The notes beneath the pieces were generated by a model that was not told where the DNA came from, searched no databases, and worked only from the letters and a program-made list of their open reading frames with translations. DNA of 64,000 nucleotides from a virus, in the IMG/VR virus record IMGVR_UViG_3300029183_000001, positions 1,900 through 65,899 of that record. One strand, given 5' to 3'. The position numbers were made by a program, and so were the translations under genes. This document shows, in pieces, positions 18,115 to 25,492 of this stretch (the stretch's first letter is position 1; every line of letters begins with the position of its first letter).

Positions 18115-18981
18115 TCAATCTCTTTCTGAGTGATTTAATCGATCCTTAAAATTAGCCTTCTTATTCTTTGGGAAAAACCCTTTGTACCTCGCTTTGATCG
18201 CCACATCAATCGCCTCTCCTGCAGACTCAACACCATACTCAACAATATCATTCCAACAACCTTTAATCCCCTTCGTCGATTTATACTGCTCTCCTCTCTC
18301 CACCTTCTTATAATTCAACCACTTCATCAATAGATCCATCTTGGCTTTCGTTCTTCGATCATCTCCCTGGATGACAGGCTCCACATACTGGATCTGATTT
18401 CCATGCTCCTCAATGAATTTTTTTAGATCCCAACTTTCCCCCTGACTCAATTTCAGATAAACACTAATCGAAGGAAACAACTGTTGAAAATCGGCCGGCG
18501 TCATCTTCTTCATTTCATTGGCCGTATACTTCACTTTCTTTTTAAACGGGAGTGTACCATTGGTACCTCCTTCTTCTAAGTTCTTTTTACTATTTACTTC
18601 TTCGGGTAAAGTTACTTGACCATTTCCGGGTAAACCTACTTGACCACCCCGGTCAAGTGACTTGACCCCGGGTAAAGCACCATCGATGTACACTTGTTGC
18701 CATTTCGGTGTCGTCCTCAAATGCTTCGTGATCTCATGCTTCTCAACCAATCCCTTCTTAATCATCCTCTCAACCATATCAATAGCCGCCTGCTTACTGA
18801 TTCCAACCTCCGCTCCTAAATTCACCCTCGACATATAGCACCAACCGGGAACTTTGCTCTCTCTGGATCCGCACATCAAATTGATAATGTCACACATCCC
18901 ATATTCTGGCCAACTCAATCCAAACTCCCTCCTCCAGGGATGGATAATTGTGGTAAATCTGATCTTGATAACTCCTCCCAT
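18115..18981 (-). CDS. phage replication initiator (N-terminal winged HTH)
   Basis: CYMSRVNLGAEVGISKQAAIDMVERMIKKGLV; internal iteron array. Confidence 0.75.
   Translation of the reverse strand: MGGVIKIRFTTIIHPWRREFGLSWPEYGMCDIINLMCGSRESKVPGWCYMSRVNLGAEVGISKQAAIDMVERMIKKGLVEKHEITKHLRTTPKWQQVYIDGALPGVKSLDRGGQVGLPGNGQVTLPEEVNSKKNLEEGGTNGTLPFKKKVKYTANEMKKMTPADFQQLFPSISVYLKLSQGESWDLKKFIEEHGNQIQYVEPVIQGDDRRTKAKMDLLMKWLNYKKVERGEQYKSTKGIKGCWNDIVEYGVESAGEAIDVAIKARYKGFFPKNKKANFKDRLNHSERD
18603..18677. repeat. iteron-like repeats, putative replication origin
   Basis: cgggtaaagttacttgacca (18603), cgggtaaacctacttgacca (18627), ccggtcaagtgacttgaccc (18649), cgggtaaag (18669), next to an AT-rich stretch. 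Confidence 0.7.
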
Positions 18982-19016
18982 ACGTTAATTATAAACATTT
19001 TGTTCCACGTGGAACA

Positions 19017-19505
19017 TCATTTGTCTTTCTCCTGCAGATCCATCAACTCCTCTTCCTTATCCACCAGGATATGCCGGATCTGCGCAATGTCTGACTCTGT
19101 TCCCCTCAAAATCTTAGTTCCTAATATCCTCTCAGTACTCCAAACTGAATCCTCTGGATGCCAAGCCCTCTCCCACTTTTCGTCAAACCAAACCATCTCC
19201 CTCTCATTCTCTTTGGTGATACATAAGTGTATCGGCACACTATTCTCCTTTTTAAACATCAACGACCCCTCTTGTCTTGGATATCCCGGTTTATCAACGG
19301 GGGCTTTGCTCTCTTCATAACCCATTGATTCTAAGTATATTCTGATCTTATCAGCCTCCTTCTCATCGAAAACCATGATATCAATATCCTGGATCAAAGC
19401 AGAATCAACCAACCCATCCAAAACCAATTTGTAACTCCCAATTATAGCAGCCGCAAACATCTTCACAATGAGTTTCGCCAACTGCTGAGATATGTATTCC
19501 TTCAT
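19017..19505 (-). CDS. putative Pol-beta-fold nucleotidyltransferase
   Basis: IIGSYKLVL...QDIDIMV fits hG[GS]...DxD. Confidence 0.5.
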   Translation of the reverse strand: MKEYISQQLAKLIVKMFAAAIIGSYKLVLDGLVDSALIQDIDIMVFDEKEADKIRIYLESMGYEESKAPVDKPGYPRQEGSLMFKKENSVPIHLCITKENEREMVWFDEKWERAWHPEDSVWSTERILGTKILRGTESDIAQIRHILVDKEEELMDLQEKDK

Positions 19506-19512
19506 ATGTAAA

Positions 19513-20886
19513 CTATTTGATTAATCCTCTCCTTCTTAGTTCGACAAATACAAAATGATCACAATTCGGAAGCCCTGAAATGTGTTTCAAATAACTGTCA
19601 GGGACTTGATGCACTGGCTCCCCATAATGCTGACCAAAAGGCATATGTGTAACCTCTCTCCCATTATTCCTCCACCTGGGATTCTTAATGATCTTCCCAT
19701 CGAAGTACAACTTGCTACCAATATCCTCCGCATTGATCCCGGTCAATAATACATTTCCTCGGAAAAGCTCCCATTTCGTCCCTTTCCTTCGATCATAAGC
19801 CACTTCCTTAAAATCGATCTCTTCAATCTCCCCAAACCTTTGAACATTCCCACAATAATCTGCAATAACCTTAGTCTTCATCGATTCCGTGATCCTTACA
19901 ACCCTTCCACATGCCTGGAGATATTCCCCCAAACTCCCATATGGCCTCCCCAACATTATTCCATCCAAACCAGGGAAATCCAAACCCTCCTTAAAAACTC
20001 CAAAATTGAACATCCTTTTAATCTTCCCATTCAACCACGCATCCAATAGATCCTCCCTTTTATTCTTCTCGGTTTTCGATCCTATAAATGCAGAGCTCCT
20101 CACCTTCTCGCTCATCTCCTCCGCGATCTTGGCGCTCGCCCCATAAATCAATATACTCTTATCTGGATCCGCTTTCCTTAAATGATGCAGAATCAAATCA
20201 TTCGTGTTATTGATATTGATCGCCAACGCCACACTCTGAGGAGTAAAATCTCTTCCCGTTGAGTTCCGTCTTAGCTTCGATGCATCGAACTCATATTGCA
20301 TATACTTCAATGGGCTCCACCACTCATTCTCAACCAAGTGTTGAACCGGGACACAAAACCGGATCTTCTTAAAGAACTTTTCTTTGGTATTCGTGATCAC
20401 TCGATATGATACACCATTCATGTTCCGGTAATTCCTAATCGGAGCAGCCGACAATCCAAACACCTTCTCTGCCCCTACTCCCGTCAGAAACTTTTGATAC
20501 ATCGTCTGATCATCTGGACTCACTCCATGACACTCATCAATGACCACATTTTTGATTCCCTTGAATAATGGGATAGCATTCACCATGCTTTGAACAGTCC
20601 CAAACGTAACCATTCCTTTTTTCTTCCTCCCCAATCCTGCACAGAATACATCTGCATTCCTGAATCCATACTTGAAATACTTGTGGAAATTCTGCCTCAC
20701 AAGCTCCTTCTTTGGAGCCATCACAATCATCTCTTCCTGAAGTCTCTTCGCGGTTTCTGAGATCAATATGGATTTCCCGCTTCCCGTTGGTGATATCCCA
20801 ACCTCATTCTGAGGCTTTGGATCTTTGAAGAAATCGCACATACTGTTGACCGAATTCTCCTGGTAACCTCTTAAGACGAACCCCAT
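19513..20886 (-). CDS. superfamily 2 (DExH) helicase
   Basis: SPTGSGKS, IDECH, GLSAAP, motif V EGLDFP, motif VI QACGRVVR; C-terminal PFGQHYG. Confidence 0.93.
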   Translation of the reverse strand: MGFVLRGYQENSVNSMCDFFKDPKPQNEVGISPTGSGKSILISETAKRLQEEMIVMAPKKELVRQNFHKYFKYGFRNADVFCAGLGRKKKGMVTFGTVQSMVNAIPLFKGIKNVVIDECHGVSPDDQTMYQKFLTGVGAEKVFGLSAAPIRNYRNMNGVSYRVITNTKEKFFKKIRFCVPVQHLVENEWWSPLKYMQYEFDASKLRRNSTGRDFTPQSVALAININNTNDLILHHLRKADPDKSILIYGASAKIAEEMSEKVRSSAFIGSKTEKNKREDLLDAWLNGKIKRMFNFGVFKEGLDFPGLDGIMLGRPYGSLGEYLQACGRVVRITESMKTKVIADYCGNVQRFGEIEEIDFKEVAYDRRKGTKWELFRGNVLLTGINAEDIGSKLYFDGKIIKNPRWRNNGREVTHMPFGQHYGEPVHQVPDSYLKHISGLPNCDHFVFVELRRRGLIK

Positions 20887-21033
20887 TTATTTTTCTTTTG
20901 CGACTCTCTCTCCTTCTGCCAATACAGACCAGTAAGCAATAATGGCTCCGAAAAATAATCCGGCACATACCTTGAAATAAAGTACAATTGCCGGATTCTG
21001 CAACATCCTATGAATTAATATTTCGTCATCCAT
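20887..21033 (-). CDS. small membrane protein (48 aa, not in ORF track)
   Basis: MDDEILIHRMLQNPAIVLYFKVCAGLFFGAIIAYWSVLAEGERVAKEK; TGATG coupling to upstream gene. Confidence 0.6.
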   Translation of the reverse strand: MDDEILIHRMLQNPAIVLYFKVCAGLFFGAIIAYWSVLAEGERVAKEK

Positions 21034-21233
21034 CAGAATAGTGTATTTGTATCTTCATTCCACTCCTTCGTCAGCCGGTCCACCTCCTTCTCCAATGGCC
21101 TGGCTTTCTGAAACCAATAATCCTTCTCCTCCCAATCCTTCCTCCTGGAAGCAGCAAAGTAACCAATTTGCGCCTCACGCATTTTAGTCACTTTGCTTAT
21201 GATCAACTCCGCATTCTCAACGGTCCGCTTCAT
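21033..21233 (-). CDS. hypothetical protein
   Basis: 66-aa ORF, coupled. Confidence 0.7.
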   Translation of the reverse strand: MKRTVENAELIISKVTKMREAQIGYFAASRRKDWEEKDYWFQKARPLEKEVDRLTKEWNEDTNTLF

Positions 21234-21670
21234 TACTTGCCACTTGATTTAGATGAACTCTTTGGCTCCTTCTTCTTAGGATCTGGCTTCTCCTCCTTCT
21301 TAGGACTCAATTCATCCTCCTCCTCCTTCAATCTCTTCCTCATCTGGACACCACTGTCAACATACTTATTCTTTGCGGCACTGGTGACCTTCTTCCGTAT
21401 CATGTCTCGGATCTTATCTCCGTCATCTTCCACTTCAACGACTGGCTGTCCATGTTCCAGGAACTTCACTTTCCCATCTTCAATGGCGATCGCAAAACCG
21501 CCCACCAATTTCTCCATCCTGTCAAACACCTTCTTCGATAAGGCCCGTTGTTCAATCAATTGATCAATAGTCAATTTCTTTTCAGTTTTACTCATTTGCA
21601 ATAATTTATTTGGTTTGAAAATTTGCGCTCTAAGCGACGATCTCCCCCTTGGCTGGATATATCCCTCCAA
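21233..21670 (-). CDS. hypothetical protein
   Basis: 145-aa ORF (start may be internal). Confidence 0.65.
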   Translation of the reverse strand: MEGYIQPRGRSSLRAQIFKPNKLLQMSKTEKKLTIDQLIEQRALSKKVFDRMEKLVGGFAIAIEDGKVKFLEHGQPVVEVEDDGDKIRDMIRKKVTSAAKNKYVDSGVQMRKRLKEEEDELSPKKEEKPDPKKKEPKSSSKSSGK

Positions 21671-21708
21671 AAAATGGAGATCTCACAGCCTGCATAGGAG
21701 GAAATTAG

Positions 21709-22335
21709 TCATAATAGGGTAGAACAATAGATTTTGTACCCCGAATCCGATGGATTCACCTTCTCCTCATAACATTCGGACAAATACCCAATTCTTCTCT
21801 CATGTTCCTCCACATCGAATTCTCCAATGTCAAGATCAAATGTAAACACCCTTCCCTTCGCCTCTACTCCAAAAGGATTATCATACTCCTCATCATCCAA
21901 TCCCAACACATGGATCTTCCCCTTGTTGGCCCGACAAACCCACATGGCATGATACACCTGTCTTCGGTAACCAATTGGGATCGCATACCCAATCAACCAA
22001 GTCCACGCCTTCTTCCTCTTCGCGGTCTTCGCCTCATGTACAGTCAACACCCCATCATCCTCATCTTCCAATGCATCAGTATTGACCCCTGCAATCGTTC
22101 CTTTCTTCTCTTTCTTTATCCCCCAACATATCTCAGGCACCCCCGCCTCTCTTAATATGTCCTCCTCCAAAAGATTCCCCGCAATGGTATAATCATTTCG
22201 GATGTTGTAAATCTTAAGCCCTGTGACTTTCTGTTTCCACCAACTTTGGAAGGTAGGTACATCGAAAGACCCATAAATAAAACTCATGTCACTTCCTCCG
22301 ATGTACGCAACCCTGGACTCCTTATCTCTAACCAT
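21709..22335 (-). CDS. YqaJ/lambda-exonuclease-like recombination nuclease
   Basis: IGGSD, GNLLEEDIL, NTDAL...HEAKT, YRRQVYHAMWV. Confidence 0.8.
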   Translation of the reverse strand: MVRDKESRVAYIGGSDMSFIYGSFDVPTFQSWWKQKVTGLKIYNIRNDYTIAGNLLEEDILREAGVPEICWGIKKEKKGTIAGVNTDALEDEDDGVLTVHEAKTAKRKKAWTWLIGYAIPIGYRRQVYHAMWVCRANKGKIHVLGLDDEEYDNPFGVEAKGRVFTFDLDIGEFDVEEHERRIGYLSECYEEKVNPSDSGYKIYCSTLL

Positions 22336-22340
22336 GCTCC

Positions 22341-23063
22341 TTACTTTTTCCTCTTATTGATCTCAGCCTCCAATGTGTTGGCATCCAGCGAAGCCCACTG
22401 CTCCAATAACTGGATCAACTCATTCTTATCCTTATCACTTTCCGAATCCATCACTTTCTTCAACTCTCTTTTTGAGGACTGAATCAATGAATAAAACATA
22501 GCAGTATTCCCACACTTCTTCACCAACTTCTCCGTCAACTCAATGATCTGTTTATTCTTCGCGGTAATCTGCTCGCTTTTTGATTGATCCTCTTCTGGAT
22601 CATCGACCTGGGCTTGTTCATCCTTCATCCATAACGACAATCCCAATCCTGTGTTAATCGCGACACATTTGGCAAATCCCCTTTGATGCGCGATATGCAC
22701 AACTAAGCTCGAAACCTGCCCCCCTGTACTTGAAGCCTTCCCCATAACCGGGAAATCCAATTCAAATTTATCATCATCAATATCAACCCAAACAACCACA
22801 AACGGGGCAATCCCTTGATTAAAAAATGCAGGGTATCCATCTTCATTTCTTTTTACCCCATATCGAACCTTCTTCGCACCATGCTCATACAACAACTCAA
22901 TAATCTTCGCCCACTCACAATAATCCAACCACTGATCCTCCGGTGCTTTTACATACTTGGTTTCTCTCCCTTCTCTTTTCTTGATAAATGTGGGCTTTTT
23001 GAATGTGTGCCCCTCTTTCACAAGGTCAATCTTGACCAACTCATTAAATGGCTTTAATGGCAT
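22341..23063 (-). CDS. single-strand annealing protein (Sak/Rad52-like, DUF1071 type)
   Basis: LDYCEWA...DFPVM...QRGFAKCVAINTGLGLSLW; adjacent to exonuclease. Confidence 0.75.
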   Translation of the reverse strand: MPLKPFNELVKIDLVKEGHTFKKPTFIKKREGRETKYVKAPEDQWLDYCEWAKIIELLYEHGAKKVRYGVKRNEDGYPAFFNQGIAPFVVVWVDIDDDKFELDFPVMGKASSTGGQVSSLVVHIAHQRGFAKCVAINTGLGLSLWMKDEQAQVDDPEEDQSKSEQITAKNKQIIELTEKLVKKCGNTAMFYSLIQSSKRELKKVMDSESDKDKNELIQLLEQWASLDANTLEAEINKRKK

Positions 23064-23093
23064 CTTTTGATAGTTTTAAATTGAGTAATAGGT

Positions 23094-23113
23094 CAAATAT
23101 ATAAATTATATAT
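23094..23113 (-). promoter_or_regulatory. TATATTTG promoter with perfect palindrome at 23097-23113
   Basis: + strand caaatatataaattatatat upstream of the recombination/replication operon. Confidence 0.85.
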
Positions 23114-23118
23114 AACAT

Positions 23119-23144
23119 AAAAAAAGGCGACCACAAAGCCGCCT
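23119..23144 (-). terminator. intrinsic terminator ending the fibre/membrane block
   Basis: aggcg/cgcct stem with A7 tract on + strand. Confidence 0.6.
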
Positions 23145-23183
23145 AATCATACCTATATATGACATTACTCTATAACAGTAAAA

Positions 23184-23621
23184 CTATCCTTCGTCAATGG
23201 CGGGAGCCGCCTTGCTGATGTTGTTCTTCCTCATGACCATCAAAGCGATAGACATTATCGATCCAACAACATCTCCCCAATCAAGCCCAATGATATACTG
23301 GGCATCTTCTGCAGTAAATTCCATTCCGGTAACAATCTGTACAATTGAAAAAATCAATCCTAAAAATCCAGTCCAGAAAATGGGAGATTTCCAAATTGAG
23401 CTCATGATCTCTCCAAAGTTCATTTCTCCAATTGGGGGCTTCGGTATAATAGCCTCTGCAAGTTTGAACGTGGCCCAAACCAAAGCAACTTCACCAAGAA
23501 CCACACCAACCACTCCCATGATTCCTAATCCTGGAGTGTTGATCAATTGTGATAAAGCAATAAAATTGATGCCTGCTATAATCAAAAGAGAAAGCAGCAT
23601 TCTTTTTGTACGAAAACTCAT
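23184..23621 (-). CDS. multi-pass membrane protein (holin candidate)
   Basis: About 4 hydrophobic segments and a basic C-terminus. Confidence 0.6.
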   Translation of the reverse strand: MSFRTKRMLLSLLIIAGINFIALSQLINTPGLGIMGVVGVVLGEVALVWATFKLAEAIIPKPPIGEMNFGEIMSSIWKSPIFWTGFLGLIFSIVQIVTGMEFTAEDAQYIIGLDWGDVVGSIMSIALMVMRKNNISKAAPAIDEG

Positions 23622-23642
23622 TAGTAAAAATTTGGTTTTGAA

Positions 23643-24617
23643 TTAATCTAAAGTCACAGGGCTGAATACCTCTACATTGAAAAATATAATGCAATCCGCT
23701 TGATATCCTCCCTCAATTACGCCTGTAAGGTACATTATTCTTGCCGGATATTCTAAAAGATCTCGACTCGCATTATCAACTGCGGATCTTATCAAATTTC
23801 CCGGTTCTGTCCCAAATCCCTTCTCAACCTGGATTCCATAGGCAACCAAGTGGCAATAACTCATCACCGTTCCCTTCTCACTATCCGGTATTGGCCATTC
23901 TACAAAATCACAATTTAAGTTGTTATGAATGCAATCATCAATTCTCAAATTATTCAATGGCCCCCACACACAATCATGGGTGTGCCTCGATCCCATATTA
24001 TGCCCCATTTCATGACTCATTACAATTTCTGAGTAGACCCCTCCTAATCCAATTCCAAAACTGACCGCATACGGCCCTGCATGGTATGTGACTCCCTGAT
24101 AATCAAAAGTGTGATAATCTAACTCTAATGTTCCAGTCCACGCCACTCCTCCACTGCCCGCCAAACTAATCAAATGCTTCAACCTTCCAGGAGGAGCATT
24201 CTTCCTCAATAATCCAAATTGATTCAACGCAACAAACGCATCCTCAATATATGTACCAACCCAATCCTCCGCAGCACTGGACGGAAACCAAAACCCTGTC
24301 AGGGCCGTACTAATTCCCTCCTTTCCATAGATCTCTGCAAGCTCAATATATCTCTCCTCTATCCACTTAATACAAGCCTCATCACTCGGAAATTGAGACC
24401 TCGTAAACCAATCCGTCTCAATGTATAATCCAACCACCTTACTTGCATCTGCTTTTCTCTCCCCTTTCCATTCCATATGCGACCTGTCCAGGATCGACAT
24501 GTCACAATAAAAGCTCTGGCCATGACATCGATCACACCCAAACATGAGCAATGTCATGAACAACAATGATATCAGTATGTCAATAATTTCTTTGTACTCC
24601 CTGTATTTATCTCCCAT
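23643..24617 (-). CDS. secreted reprolysin-like (M12) zinc metallopeptidase
   Basis: HEMGHNMGSRH (HExxHxxGxxH), Met-turn GTVMSYCH, N-terminal hydrophobic segment ending CHG|Q. Confidence 0.85.
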   Translation of the reverse strand: MGDKYREYKEIIDILISLLFMTLLMFGCDRCHGQSFYCDMSILDRSHMEWKGERKADASKVVGLYIETDWFTRSQFPSDEACIKWIEERYIELAEIYGKEGISTALTGFWFPSSAAEDWVGTYIEDAFVALNQFGLLRKNAPPGRLKHLISLAGSGGVAWTGTLELDYHTFDYQGVTYHAGPYAVSFGIGLGGVYSEIVMSHEMGHNMGSRHTHDCVWGPLNNLRIDDCIHNNLNCDFVEWPIPDSEKGTVMSYCHLVAYGIQVEKGFGTEPGNLIRSAVDNASRDLLEYPARIMYLTGVIEGGYQADCIIFFNVEVFSPVTLD

Positions 24618-25098
24618 ATAATCCCTGACTGTTTAGATGAACTCCAATCATAACCAACGGCTCTCCATCACTACCCCACGCAACGACATCCCCTTGGCAC
24701 CAAACAATTATTTCACCTTCATATTTTCTCCTATATCTGACTTGTATCAAATAATCGATTTCTCCTCTGCTATCAACATGCCTGTGAAACATTTCCACCG
24801 CAGGCCCAACGTCATCCGGATGTATCGCTTGCTGCCAGGACTCAGGCACATTTGGAAAATCTTTCTCCCCCGAATACTGCAAACTGGCCCTATAATTAGG
24901 GCTGTATAATTCCCGGTTGTTCTTTATATCATAAATCCAAAACCCTTTCGAGATATCATCCAATCCATTCTTCATCAACTTACAATAGATCTTATCAATA
25001 TCATTATTGACAGACCGCGCAACTAAATGGAATTGCAACTTGTTAATTGCGCTGTTCCCCCGGAGAAGGAGATCCATGGTTTGAGTTTTTCCTCGCAT
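24607..25098 (-). CDS. stand-alone PAS domain protein (PAS_3 type); start uncertain (possibly ATG near 24975)
   Basis: GFWIYDIKNNRELYSPNY...WQQAIHPDD...YRRKYEGEIIVWCQG...DGEPLVMIGVHL. Confidence 0.85.
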   Translation of the reverse strand: MRGKTQTMDLLLRGNSAINKLQFHLVARSVNNDIDKIYCKLMKNGLDDISKGFWIYDIKNNRELYSPNYRASLQYSGEKDFPNVPESWQQAIHPDDVGPAVEMFHRHVDSRGEIDYLIQVRYRRKYEGEIIVWCQGDVVAWGSDGEPLVMIGVHLNSQGLYGR

Positions 25099-25414
25099 CT
25101 TTTAGCCATTCTTTTACCTTCTCGATCACTGGCTTCATGTTCGGTGATTCAGCATAATCCGCTTCGATCGCACTTACCAACATATCCATAACCATGTACA
25201 TGTTTTCCCTGGAGGCTTCAAGGCTATAAATGTGCGACTCCAACTCAACGATTCTATCCTTCAATTTTCGGATCTCATCATTGCTGTTAATCTGCAGATC
25301 AGCATTGATCTGAGCTTTTGAAGTCTTATACTTAAAATATCGGTCCCATAACTCTTTCAGGCCCAATGCTCCAAGCGCTCCCCCCACGACTTTTGCAATC
25401 TCTAATATCTCCAA
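25043..25414 (-). CDS. single-TM plus coiled-coil protein (holin-like candidate)
   Basis: VVGGALGALGL segment followed by EIRKLKDRIVELESHIYSLE heptads. Confidence 0.65.
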   Translation of the reverse strand: MEILEIAKVVGGALGALGLKELWDRYFKYKTSKAQINADLQINSNDEIRKLKDRIVELESHIYSLEASRENMYMVMDMLVSAIEADYAESPNMKPVIEKVKEWLKDARKNSNHGSPSPGEQRN

Positions 25415-25492
25415 TGTTCATGTATTTAAGGCCGGTCAAGCCAACAATCAATCAAGGTACGTTTATAATAAATTCACACTATACTACTCTCT

